64,000 bases of DNA from Psilocybe cubensis (taxonomy: Eukaryota): contig CM039000.1 in the NCBI GenBank assembly GCA_017499595.2, forward strand, positions 2,480,001 to 2,544,000. Direction: 5' to 3'. The notes under the pieces were generated by a model. It did not search any database. It was not told where the DNA came from and saw only the letters and a program-made list of their open reading frames with translations. Shown here piece by piece: positions 38,037 through 51,674 of this stretch. Position 1 is the first letter of the stretch, and each line of letters starts with the position of its first letter. The position numbers and the translations under genes are program-made.

Positions 38037-40366
38037 CTTATAATTTCTGAATCACATTTTTCCACCTTGGTGAACGAGGTCCAATGTTTGCATTATTTTG
38101 TACTATTTAATTTGTGGAACAAATCAGGGAGAGATCCTTCAACGCTTTGGCGATAGCCCGGATAACATGATATGCTTTACGTTCTCAACTTCTTCATGCT
38201 CATTGATTTTTGATGAAGTAGGGAGCCTATTGGAACGAAGCATAAAATGCTTCTCGATTGGTTGCAGAGTTATACTAATAATTTATCATAGTCTGCAGGC
38301 TTATAACATCCGAAACCCACGATGCTCGAACTAAGTAAACTCAGCGATTTTGCATGACGTCCCGTAAAGACTGAAATAATCAAAGGGGTCCAACACGAGG
38401 TTTATGGGGCACAGATAAAGGAGGTTCCTAGCTATCGACGCCGATCTTACCAGGATTTTTATATAAAAATAGTCATAAAGCTATTGTACATGCGCACCGC
38501 ACCGTACTTCAACTACTGCACCAAGGCTTCGTTTTCACAATAATCATAGTACAAATGATGACTGCTCGAAAGCAAAGGTATAAGTGGAAGGGAATGTATT
38601 ATTTGAAGAAATGGATTACTACCAACTAAAATCCACTGGCACGCGACCGATGGTTCTACTATAAACGAGATATCTATTATACTTTCGTTACTCCGAGAGC
38701 ACTAGATTGACAGATTAGCTTGTTATGTGAGCAATCGAAGCAAAAACGTACGGCAGCGTCGTCGTTTGATCGCGTCCTTCCAGCCTCAGAACAAGCATCT
38801 GTGTCCCCTTTAAATGAAGTCATGAAAATCATTAAATGTCAGCAGTAAAAGCGCGAAGACCTACATCTGGAAGATGGCTAGACGACTGCACTCTAGCATA
38901 GACCACTTCTCCTTTTGAGGTCCAGAAAAATACTCTGGTCCCCTCCTGAATATGAGAGTAAGAATGAATAAACATTGAAGTAAGTCAGACATACTGGAAA
39001 GTTATTGTCCATCATAGCCGAAATAGCAGTTGTTTTCTGGTTTGGTTGAGCTAGAGAAGATGTCAATGACTTCAGCGTATTTATACGAAGACGAGGACTA
39101 AATATTTCACAGCGTAAACTTGTCTTGCCGCCAGGACAGGGTGTTAATTTTCCGTGGACTTGCAACCCGTTGCAGAAGTCAGTAAATGGACTTGAGCTGC
39201 GTGAACAAGCACCTTGGTATGAAGAAGATATGACACGGGAGATCCACAATCTCCTGCGATTTTGTCGTTTCACATCGCTTGGATTTGGATTTGTCGGAGA
39301 ATATATCGAGAGAGAAACTGCTGGGTTGGAAACCCTGGATTAATGACATCGATCCTCGCTGTAAGAAGATCAGTGATCAAGAAGAGCAAATTAATGGAGG
39401 GAACTCTCACAGCGGTTGTGACAGAAGAGATCTGGAGAGCAAGGCACATATGAAAACTCTTCTACGTAATCTTGACGCAGGTAGACGGTGTTCGGCATTA
39501 GACATCACTTCGCAGGTATATCAAAATACTGATGCCTTGGGGAAAGGCGTGCTAGCCACGCTACTTGCGTCAACTTGAAGGAAGAATCTGTAACGACCCA
39601 TTAATAAGGTGAAGGTAACAAGGTTAACCGATCCCGATTTCCAAAGTGTGATCCTCGGGGAGAGAAGCAGAACATGAGAGCAATCCATTGTATAGGTCTA
39701 CCGAACCGCAGGTTGATTCTATATGTAGTGGTTGGTACAACATACCATCCGACACGCACATTCTGAGTCTGAAAGCAAAGCAGGTGCCTTTCATGATCGG
39801 CGGAGTAGAGGTGCCACCGGCGGCCCAACATAGGTCCCTTCTCCAGTGTTATTGTTGCAAGTTATATGCCAACCTTATCAGTTTCTTCACATTCAAGGAA
39901 AGAGGCATCCACTATCCGCGAACAAGTTGAGAATGGCTTTGTAGACTACGGTAGTCGCGGTTATCTCATCTGTGTGTACATGTAATAGTGAAGTCACGAG
40001 CCTACGAATACCTTACAGATAAGTGAAATAAGTCACAATTGGTCACAATCACAACAAATTAGCAACACGTGATACATGTAGGACTAGGTTGCTCATCTAT
40101 CATCAAGGTAGTCTTGAGTCTTGAGCTTACATTGTTCTCTTTGTTGAATTACCATCGACATTCACATCGATTCATCCTTCTGATTGACTGGTTAACACTG
40201 TAGTGCGCGACAGTAATAGTTAATTAGAGTCACATCTGGTGATAACTACCTAGCAGCTCGATAACTTGGAAATCTCTTTTAAGTTGTACTTAGGTGAGCA
40301 AGAGGCCGCCGCTGCTACCCTCGCCACTGATCATTTTGAATGCTACAACAGGCGTAGTATCTTATT

Positions 40367-41901
40367 ATGCCTTCAAAACCCTCCGCAGCTCGTCACGACA
40401 TGTCCGTGATTCTCGTTACTGGTTCCTACGACCATGAGATTCGTTTCTGGGAAGCATGGAGTGGTATATGTTCCCGAACTATTCCCCGTACCGGAGAGTC
40501 AGGAGTGAGGTTCATTCACATCCACGTTATCCTCTTTTTGTCTGAAACGATTTCCACAGCAAGTTAATCGCTTAGCTATCTCTCACGAGTAAATCCATTT
40601 TCAGGCAAATCAGTGAAATTGAACCTTAAACATTCTTTTAGCAAACGTTTTTTAGCAGCTGCTATTCATAAGAAAATAAACATATATGATATAGCAAGCT
40701 CTTCCCCTGATCCAGTACGTGCAATAATCCTCTTCGACTCTAGCATAAGTTATTTACGGTGTAAATCTACGTCATAGCTGGCAACGTTCGAAGGCCACAC
40801 CAACAATGTAACATCGATAGCATTCAACAGCGAGGGGAAATGGTTGGTATCTGGTAGTGAGGATTCAACGATAAAAATTTGGGACCTTAGGTAAGCTACA
40901 GATACACTATTGGAAGATTTCCCCTCCAAACCGACTATCTCGAAGAAATCCAGCCAACAATGTGCACAGGACTTATTATAATAAATCCCCAGGTCTCTAT
41001 TGCTTTATATGTTGCTCGTTTCGTAATTGACTCTGTGGTAGTGAATGATGTCTGCATTCACCCCAATCAAGGAGAACTGATATCCTGTGATCAAGCAGGA
41101 AGTGTCAAGCAATGGGACTTGACAGACACCATATGTTCTCATGACCTTGTATGTCGAATTATTTCATCATCTGTAACCAGAATAAGACTCAAGTCTACCC
41201 AGACACCAGCAGTCGACGTTCCTGTACGATCTATAACCCTTGCATTGGATGGGTCATGCGTAGTTGCTGGCAATAACAAGGTAAGTTGTCACACATTGTT
41301 TTCTACCACCATGATTTACGCGCTCCACCGAAGGGACAATGCTTTGTATGGAAACTGAACGACGAGAACACAGGGCTGCCTCGCTTTCAAGCTGTAACAC
41401 GATTTCAAGCTCACAGCAAATATATCACTCGGTGTCTTTTAAGTCCTGATGCACGGTGGGTCAACAAATTCTCTCTCGAGTAATCTTTACCTATCTTACT
41501 GATATGTTGGCCTGCACATCCAGTTTTCTTGCAACATGTTCTGCAGATACTACGGTCAAAATTTGGTCTATCAGTCCAAATTACGAACTTAAGTTCGAAA
41601 AAGTATTAGCAGGACATCAACGTTGGGTTTGGGATTGTGCCTTTAGCGCGGATTCAGCATACCTTGTTACAGGTAAAGATCTCCCTGATGCCGAGACCTT
41701 ACTAGTACATTAACATTGATTCCAGCGTCTTCGGATCACACTGCGCGCCTTTGGGAAATGGCCTCAGGGGAAACCGTGCGCCAATATAATGGCCATCATA
41801 AAGGTTGGTTCTATTTTAATATTTGAACATCACCCTCCATGTCGAATAAAATATCTCTTCCAGCCGCTGTCTGCTGTGCTCTGCATGATGGTGCCAGCTA
41901 G
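40367..41901 (+). CDS. LST8: TOR complex WD40 subunit Lst8
   Basis: [79 protein letters not shown]. Confidence 0.96.
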
Positions 41902-42578
41902 GCATGTACGAATCTTTTCTTACTTTCGTTCTGTACGCGATTTTCTCTTCATACAACCAAATGTATAGGGCTTGCCACGTATTCGTTATCTTAAGATATG
42001 TTATTCTTGGAGTTCACTTATCTATTAGTTATGACTTGGCTCGACCAAGGAGGCTCGCCTAGATTTCCACACCGAATTGCAAAAAGGTACAGATACTGTC
42101 TCTATGACGCGATCCTCAAAACGACCTTGCGGCATACTGAGATACTTATAGTCTTTGTCGTTGAGATTTGGGCGTTATAGATTAGATATGAATACTGGAA
42201 TGAATACTCGTTCATTGGACGAACAGTAGCCCTGATCGCTGGGCTCCTATTTACATTGCGGCCCCTTATCTGGGGTGACGGATCAGCCAGCGGGGAGACG
42301 AGCGTTTGATTGTCGCCTAGAATCGAGGAGCCAATGAAAGTTTACAATTGACAAAGGCTTCGGCGTCTTTCGGCCTATCGACCGGTCCACTGTGCCGGAA
42401 ACGATCATGCGGACTCGACGATCTTGTGGAATTCAATTGACATTAATCGCCACCCCTCACTTCCGTTTTCCATTTTCTTTTCTTGATTCCTTGTTCTCCG
42501 CTCTTCACCCACTACTGCCAGAGTACATTCTATCTCCCTTGTTCTGGTCGATTTTAACGTTACTCTGTTGTGTAGTCC

Positions 42579-45500
42579 ATGGCCAGTCCGGGTTATCAAC
42601 CGTCGCCCGAATCTCTTCCTCTTGTCTCCACTCATGCGACTGAAGAAAATATCAAGAGCTTCAATGCAGTAAAGCGTGACGAAACATCTTTCGCATCTTC
42701 TTTGCCTGCCGACCAAGGTCTGTATAGCAACGAGAATGAGAAGGATTCTTGTGGTGTGGGCTTCATTTGTCACATTAAGGGTGAACCTAGCCACAAAATA
42801 GTTTCTGATGCTCGTCAGTTACTTTGCGCCATGACCCATCGAGGAGCCACAGGAGCTGACAGTCGAGACGGAGATGGGGCCGGTGTTATGACTGCCATTC
42901 CTCATGGCTTCTTCAAGCGAGAGGCTGAAAGAGACCTTGGGTGTGTTCTTCCAGATCCAGGAGAATATGCTGTTGGAAATGTTTTCTTCAAACCCAATGA
43001 TCCTGTTCAGCTCCAAAGTTATCAAACTGTCTTCACCAATATCGCCACCGAGCTAGGTTTGCGTGTTTTGGGTTGGAGAGAAGTTCCCACCGATGGGACC
43101 ATTCTTGGACCAGCGGCCAGCAGCAAGGAGCCAACCATTCTCCAGCCGTTTGTAGTTCTTCGTGCGCATTATGGGGATGCAAACACGAGCCAACACGGCA
43201 CATTTGATGCAACCCATTTTGAAAGACAACTTTATGTTCTGCGAAAGCACGCTACCCACAGCATGTCAGTACCTCTGGCTCTGTATTCTTTTGTGGAGAT
43301 TGGCTAACTTATAAATCAAAGTACTCTTGCCAAGGGCTTCTATGTTTGCTCGCTTTCGTCCAAGAACATTGTTTACAAAGGACAGTTATCTCCGGCGCAG
43401 GTGTACAACTATTACCATGACCTGAACCATGTCCTGTACAAATCACATTTTACATTGGTGCACTCGCGCTTTTCTACCAACACTTTCCCAAGCTGGGATC
43501 GTGCTCAGCCGATGAGATGGGCAGCGCACAACGGTAAGTATGCAATCGTGTTTCTGACCTATTTCAGTTTACTCATTGTTGTTTCAGGTGAAATCAATAC
43601 CGTTCGAGGAAATAAGAACTGGATGCGTGCTCGAGAAGGCGTACTATCTTCCCAGCACTTTGGTGACCAATTGGATTTACTCTATCCGATCATTGAACAT
43701 GGTGGATCTGATTCAGCGGCTTTCGACAACGTCCTCGAACTACTTGTCGTTAACGGTGCCGTGACGTTGCCAGAAGCTGTTATGATGATGATTCCGGAGG
43801 CCTGGCAAGGGAACGAAGACATGGACCCTCGCAAAAAGGCATTCTATAATTGGGCGGCGTGCGTCCAGGAACCATGGGATGGTCCCGCTCTCTTCACCTT
43901 CAGCGATGGTCGATTTTGCGGTGCTAATTTGGACCGTAATGGCCTCCGACCCTGCCGTTTTATTGTCACCAATGAAGACATTATTGTCTGTGCGTCTGAA
44001 GTAGGCGCAGTTTACATCGCCCCAGAGAAAGTTGTGCAGAAGGGACGATTAAAGCCAGGTCGCATGCTCCTCGTTGATACGCTGGAGGGCAGGATCGTTG
44101 ACGACAAGGAACTCAAGCGCAATACTGCATCTAAACAGAATTTTGCATCTTGGGTAGAGACTCATGTTCTTGAAGTGCCAAATATCATCAAACGCGTCAA
44201 ACGCAGTCAAGTTTCCCTTCTTCCCACACTTGACGACTCTACTCTCAGTACTGATCCTAAACTACTTGCTTTCGGCTTCACTGTTGAACAGCTTAACTTG
44301 CTCATGCTTCCTATGGTCATTGATGGCAAGGAAGCACTCGGTTCTATGGGGAACGATGCCCCTCTCGCCGCCATGGCCACCCAACCTCGCATTATCTATG
44401 ATTACTTCCGACAACTCTTCGCTCAGGTCACCAATCCTCCAATCGATCCTATCAGAGAGAGCATCGTCATGTCGCTCGCCGCTTACGTTGGCCCCGAAGG
44501 AAATTTGTTGGAAGTAAAACCGGAACAGTGTCATCGAATTCTTCTTCCCTCTCCCCTTTTATCCATCGAAGAGATGAACGCCATGAAGCATCTCAAGGCT
44601 GCGTACACTACCTGGCCTTCTCGTACCATCGATATCACATTCCCCAAAACCGAAGGCCTTCCCGGCTACAGACGTGCCCTAGAACGGGTGTGCAGTGAGG
44701 CATCACAGGCCATTGACGATGGTATCAAAGTCATCATCCTAAGCGACCGTGCGACTGGTCCCAACCGCGTCCCCTTGTCGGCACTGATTGCTTGTGGTGG
44801 CGTGCATCATCATCTCACTACCCAGAAAAAGCGTGCCAAAGCCGCCTTGATGGTGGAAACTGGAGAGGCCCGCGAGGTTCACCACCTTTGTGTGTTGGTT
44901 GGCTATGGTGCTGATGCAGTCTGCCCTTGGCTAGTGCTAGAAACCATACATAAGGTTGCACGGGAGGGACTGTAAGTGATATATCTTGGATTTTTTCTAC
45001 TTCCATTATCTAATCTGGTTTTAGTGTGAAGAATGGCAAGACCGTTGACGATCTAACGCAGAACTACCGTCATTCCGTGGATAATGGTATCCTCAAAGTT
45101 ATGTCGAAGATGGGAATCTCTACTCTCCAATCCTATAAAGGTGCCCAAATTTTTGAAATTCTGGGTCTCCATAGTGAGGTTGTGGAGCCCTGCTTCATTG
45201 GTACTGCAAGTCGTGTACAGGGAGCGACTTTTGATCTCCTTGCTATGGATGCATTTGAGCTTCATGAACGCGGATGGCCCAGCCGTGATACGATTCTTCC
45301 CCCAGGTATGCCTGAATCCGGTGAATATCATTGGCGAGATGGCGGCGAGGCGCACATTAACGATCCAGCGGGCATTGCCAATTTACAAGATGCTGTTAGA
45401 GAGAAGAACCAGAGTGCTTATGATGCCTATGCTAACAATGCCAACACCCAAGCACAGAGCATCCACCTTCGCGGCTTACTAGACTTCCGTTATGAGAACG

Positions 45501-48500
45501 CAACACCTATCCCTATCGAACAAGTGGAACCTTGGAACGAAATTGTTCGCCGTTTTGTGACTGGAGCCATGTCATATGGTTCCATTTCCATGGAAGCCCA
45601 CTCTGCTCTTGCTGTCGCTATGAATCGCCTAGGAGGCAAGTCTAATACAGGTGAAGGAGGAGAAGATGCGGAGAGGTCACAGATTCTGCCTAACGGTGAT
45701 ACGATGAGGTCTGCTATTAAGCAGATTGCTTCCGGACGCTTTGGAGTCACTTCTAACTATCTCGCTGATGCTGACGAGTTGCAAATTAAGATGGCCCAAG
45801 GTGCTAAGCCTGGAGAAGGTGGTGAATTGCCTGGTCACAAAGTCTCCGCATCCATTGCCAGAACACGGCATTCAACTGCTGGTGTCGGTCTTATCTCTCC
45901 ACCTCCTCATCACGATATCTATTCTATCGAAGATCTCAAACAACTCATTTATGATTTGAAGTGTTCCAATCCCCGTGGTCGCATTTCCGTCAAACTTGTA
46001 TCTGAAGTTGGAGTAGGCATTGTTGCCAGTGGTGTCGCCAAAGCAAAGGCGGACCATATTCTTATATCTGGACATGACGGAGGAACTGGTGCATCGCGTT
46101 GGACAGGAATTAAATATGCTGGCCTTCCATGGGAACTTGGTCTTGCTGAAACCCATCAAACTCTCGTTTTGAATGACTTGCGTGGTCGCGTAACTGTGCA
46201 GACTGATGGTCAAATTCGAACTGGGCGAGATATCGCTATTGCTTGCTTATTGGGTGCCGAAGAGTGGGGCTTTGCAACAACACCGTTGATTGCGATGGGT
46301 TGTATCATGATGAGGAAATGCCATTGTACGTTGACCTGATTGACTTAACAAAATATTTAGTATACTCACTGATTGGTTTTCATAGTGAACACATGTCCCG
46401 TTGGTATCGCTACTCAAGATCCTCAACTTCGAGCCAAATTTGCCGGTCAACCAGAGCAGGTTATCAACTTCTTCTACTATCTTGCAGAGGAACTTCGTGG
46501 CTACATGGCAAAACTTGGTTTCCGCACTATCAATGAGATGGTAGGACGTGCAGACATGCTCAAAGTCAACGAGAAACTTCGCACACCTAAAACAGCGCAC
46601 CTTGATCTCTCTGCCATCTTGAAGCCAGCTTGGCAAATGCGCCCAGGAGCAGCAACGTACCGCATCCGCCAACAGGACCATAAACTGTACATACGACTTG
46701 ACAACAAATTCATTGACGAGTCCGAGCCTGCCTTGACGAAGGGTCTTCCGGTACATATCGAGTGTGACGTCGTAAACACCGACCGCGCTCTGGGCACTTC
46801 GCTCTCTTACCGAGTGTCCAAACTGTATGGGGAAGAAGGCCTCCCTAAAGATACCATTCACATTCAAATGAAAGGGTCTGCTGGCCAATCTTTGGGTGCG
46901 TTCCTTGCTCCTGGGATAACTATTGAGCTGGAAGGAGATGCAAACGATTATGTCGGGAAAGGGTTGTCTGGCGGAAGACTTATTGTTTACCCACCCAAAG
47001 AATCGACATTTAAAGCCGAGGAAAACATTATCGTTGGTAACGTGTGCCTGTATGGTGCTACCTCCGGCGAGGCTTTCATTCGTGGAATTGCTGCCGAACG
47101 TTTTGCTGTCCGAAATTCTGGGGCTAACGCTGTTGTAGAGGGCACTGGGGATCACGGCTGTGAGTATATGACTGGTGGACGGGTCGTTGTGCTTGGTGTA
47201 ACAGGTCGTAACTTTGCTGCTGGCATGAGCGGAGGAATTGCTTATGTTCTCGATACCGCCCACACTTTCGCCTCCAAGGTCAATATGGAGATGGTCGAGC
47301 TCGGTAAAGTCAATGACCCTCGAGAAATTGCTGCACTTCGGAGCTTGATTGAAGATCATCGCCATTACACTGGATCTGAAGTCGCCGATCGCGTGCTACA
47401 CGATTTCCACCACTTGCTTCCTTTATTCGTCCGTGTTATGCCCCTTGACTATAAACGTGTTTTGGAGGAGCAGAGTGCCAGAGAGAAAGAGGAGAAAGCG
47501 CGCCAGAGCGTCATTGACCTCATTCCTTCACGGACTGCTAGCCAAGTTGACCTCGCTTCAGATGGGTTGCAAGATGTTCTTCTGCCGAAAACCGTTGGTA
47601 CAGTCACTCCTCCCGCTAAGCCACGTCATGAACCCTCGTTGGTTGATGTTGAAGATTCCCTTGTCGACGATTCGACGACCAAACAACGCCTAACTAAGCT
47701 AGACAAGACCCGTGGATTTATGAAGTACAAACGCCTAGGTGAAGCCTACCGTCCTCCTCGCAAGCGTGTCAAAGACTGGAAGGAAATCTCTACTCGTCTC
47801 ACTGAAAGTGAATTGAAATATCAGTCTGCTCGTTGCATGGACTGTGGTGTTCCCTTCTGCCAATCCGATTCCGGGTGCCCAGTTTCCAATATCATTCCCA
47901 AATGGAATGACCTTGTTTTCAAGGGACAATGGCAAGACGCTCTCAACCGCCTTTTGATGACCAACAATTTCCCTGAGTTTACTGGTCGTGTTTGTCCAGC
48001 CCCTTGCGAAGGCGCTTGTGTGCTTGGTATTAACGAACAACCCGTCGGAATCAAGAGTATTGAGTGTGCCATTATCGACAAGGTATGAAAATAAGTTTGA
48101 CTGCTTCCATTTTTTCGCTAAAATTTTCCAGGGATTTGAGATGGGTTGGATGTCCCCCAATCCCCCAAGTTTCCGCACCGGAAAACGAGTTGCGATCATA
48201 GGATCTGGCCCCGCAGGTTTGGCTTGTGCTGATCAACTCAACAAAGCAGGCCATTTTGTGACGGTGTATGACCGCAATGATCGTATGGGAGGACTATTGA
48301 TGTATGGGATCCCCAAGTTAGTAAATCCTATTCTCTTCAGTCTGGCCGTTGTTAATTGAAAAATCAGTATGAAGTTGGATAAATCCGTAGTACAGCGTCG
48401 ACTTGATCTTATGGCTGCTGAAGGAGTTGTAAGTAATTATTTATATGTGTGTTACAGTAAGCTGACTTGATCACTGTAGACGTTCGTGCCCAATGCCAAT

Positions 48501-49753
48501 GTCGGTGTCGACATTGATCCTAAGCAACTTCAAGCAGAAAACGACGCTGTTGTGATATGCACAGGGGCTACTTGGCCCAGAGATTTGAAAATCCCTAACA
48601 GAGGGGCCGATGGTATTCACTTTGCTATGGATTTCCTACAGGTTTGCAACTTTTTTTTTTTTGAATTGATGCCTAGTGTTCTAACAGATCATTCAGTTGA
48701 ATACCAAGTCTTTGTTGGATTCTGAACTCCAGGATGGTGGCTACATCAGCGCAAAAGGAAAGGATGTCATTGTCATTGGAGGAGGTGATACCGGTAACGA
48801 TTGCATTGGTACTTCCATGCGCCACGGTGCCAAATCTGTGGTCAACTTTGAGTTGTTGCCCCGTCCACCTGTTGCGCGTGGCCGTGACAATCCTTGGCCA
48901 CAGTGGCCTAGGTAAGTATCTTCTACAATACGAAAGACATGACACTAAATTTTGTATCAGGATCTTCCGAACAGACTACGGTCACACAGAAGTCGCGGCT
49001 CATTTTGGCAACGGTCAGGCATTCCCACAAAAAATTTCCAGGTTTCAAGCGTTGATTTTTCTTCAGATCCCAGAGAATACTGCATCTCCACCAAGGACTT
49101 CGTATTGGACGATGAAGGCAAATTGAAGGGGCTAAATACTGGTCAGTGCTTCGGTATCTGAATAAAGTTAGCATTCTTACGTCAATTAGTTCGTGTTGAA
49201 TGGACCAAGGATAGTGGAGGCCGCTGGAAGATGGAAGAAGTTCCTGGATCCGAGAAATTTTTCCCTGCCCAACTAGTTTTCCTTGCCCTCGGATTCTTGG
49301 GCCCACAGAATGAGGTGCTTCAGGCGCTGGGTATTAAGCAAGATGCTCGTTCCAATGTGCAGACGCCCCCCAAGGTAAGCGTTTATTTCCAAATACCTTT
49401 ACCCAAACCTGACCTCTTCCACAGAAATACTCAACCAATGTGGAAGGTATTTTTGCCGCTGGCGACTGTCGTCGTGGTCAATCATTAATTGTTTGGGGCA
49501 TCAAGTATGTCCCCCTTCTCTCTGACAAAGTTGTTCCCATGACTAAGTATAATCTGTAGTGAGGGCCGTGGAGCAGCAGCTGAAGTCGATAACTGGCTTA
49601 CTTCTGGCTCATCCAGATTACCTTCTGCTGGTGGTATTAAAACGAGGGTGAGTAACTATTATGTTCCTTAAGTACAGTAATTTATGCATAAACTTTCTTA
49701 ATCAGACTTTCGGCCCTCCACCCAGCAAAATTGCCCCTGATGTTAGGGCGTAA
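42579..49753 (+). CDS. GLT1: NADH-dependent glutamate synthase (fused alpha-beta GOGAT)
   Basis: EKDSCGVGF amidotransferase start, [40 protein letters not shown] Fe-S motif, [31 protein letters not shown]. Confidence 0.98.
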
Positions 49754-49934
49754 AAAGTTATTCTCATTTCTCACATATCTATGTCAATGTATTTGTTATT
49801 TACATTGCTTGTGATTCTGGATTTATACATTGGTGGTTATGTTATCATTAAAAAATGTTGATATGAAATGCAATTGCAGCAAGTGTTTAATATATTGAAT
49901 CAGCATGCATAGGTACGAGGTGCCTCATTTATAA

Positions 49935-51590
49935 TTACGCAAGACGAGGAAGGATCGAAGAGAATATACTTCTTTGTTCTTGAACATCTCTGCTCTTTCC
50001 TCGGATGGCCCATATACCCCAATTTGTTTTCACCATGACTCTAGGGTCGAAGTCGGCTACTTCCCATTTTTCACTCCCAAAGCTATTCGGGCCTGGAGTG
50101 ATGACCCATTCAAATTCACCCGCAACTTCAGGGGCCGTGGAGAGTGAGCGAACATCTCGCTCAACATCAGTAGGGGAGAATCCGGTAACGAAGATGGGAC
50201 ACTTGCTGGCCAGGAGCATAGGGAGCACGGGGCCCCATTCCGTAGGTGATGCGATCTGTAGCAGTGGTTCACCATTCTCCGAGAACGAGTCGGGAGAGGG
50301 GAATCCAAATCCAGGAGAAAAAAAGAAAAAAAGATCGCTGTAGGGATCCAGAGTATGCTGGAACTGAGCATGCACGTCAGCATAATTGGCTTGCATGCCA
50401 GTGATTGTAAGTTGGGGCGTGTACGGGACAGTGTAAGATGGGACGCCATATCGCTCAAGCGAAGACCGAGTGCGTTTTAGACGTTCAATCGGTTGAGGTG
50501 TGGGGGGTTGGTATACATTCGGAAGGTATGTGACCTTTTCCTCTCTCATTTCAGACTGATCTGGGGCCTCAGCGAGCTTTGCCGATTCTGCTTTTTTTGC
50601 CATGGTAGGCGCAACTGTAGCTTTGGGTGGCTTAGGGAGCGACACTTGGGGGCCGATAAAGAACAAGTGAAAATGAGTAGAGGGGAAGAGCATGCAAAGC
50701 TGTTCCCAAACGTGAGGCGGAAGGGAGGATTCCGCCCGCGCACCGAGTATAAAAATCCGGACTTGGGGTTTCCCGACCGCGGCTTCGTCAGTTTCGGGGG
50801 CACCTGGGGGTACATGTAGGGTGCTTCGTAGTGCTAGGTTAAAGGATGATTAATAGGTTGAAAACATCATATAAATGTTTGAAACAAATCGCACCTGCCA
50901 ATGACCTACTGCCTTCCGGTGTTACCCTTTGATTGCTTAGGGTCAAACCGCTATGCTGGTGTAGAGCTCCCCCGATCGTGATGGGGTAGGTCAGAAGTTT
51001 ACTGGCATGTCTCCGGGAACGCTCAGTATCCATGGAAGGGAAGTTTCGAGTGTACCAGAAGACATCCCAGTTGGCGAGTGATACTGTTTCTTCATAACCC
51101 TGAGGACCTGTGAATCTTAATGAGCACATTACTACAACTTGTTGTTGAAGAACCCACCAGGCATCTCAAATTCTCGCATCCGTCGTCCGCTTCTGAGGTC
51201 GTGCTCATCTTCATTGGCCTCACGCAAGCGAGAGCAATATTTACGGTGTTCCTCGTCCTCTGCCCAATGCTCTTCTGAGCAATGGGTTGGCCAGCCACAG
51301 TCCGGGCACTCGTGTTTCACGGCTTTGGGCTGCGCCTTAGTGTGGGCATGGATATGACCATGGGACGATGCGCATACAGGACACGGCGCTAGCTGCTTGA
51401 TAGCTTCGCCACGCGCACGCACAGCAGGGAACGGCGACTTTGAAAATGGATGAAATAGATTGTCTTCGGAGAGAACTGGAACTGGCTCTGTGGACGGTGG
51501 CTTCTTTGCCCTTAAGAAATTGAATAGGGACCTGGTACGTTGGGGAGCGGGTGGCCTACAGCGGAGAGCAAGCGGTCGAGGGAAACGCAT
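49935..51590 (-). CDS. MSS51: Mss51 mitochondrial COX1 translational activator / assembly factor (MYND-type zinc finger)
   Basis: NLFHPFSKSPFP, CPDCGWPTHCSEEHW, EDEHDLRSGR, NWDVFWYTRNF, IFILGARAESSLP, FFSPGFG, KTNWGIWAIRGK. Confidence 0.92.
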
Positions 51591-51674
51591 TGAGTCAAGA
51601 AAGTTTCAATGTCCAAATCGAGCCGACGTGTTGTTGCCGTCTGTTGTCCCCGATCAATTTTATTCCCAACCTCT

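Noticed and set aside
40340-40357. 5-codon uORF before LST8
   Set aside because: Its ATG lies inside a likely 5' UTR intron (GTGAGC at 40293 to CAG at 40351).
42407-42643. Out-of-frame ORF overlapping the GLT1 start
   Set aside because: The ATG is upstream of the pyrimidine tract where transcription probably starts, and the ORF spans a likely UTR intron; no support for translation.
46247-47365. 372-aa antisense ORF in GLT1, and similar antisense ORFs in NOT4 and others
   Set aside because: Shadow ORFs from codon bias of the sense gene; no motifs.
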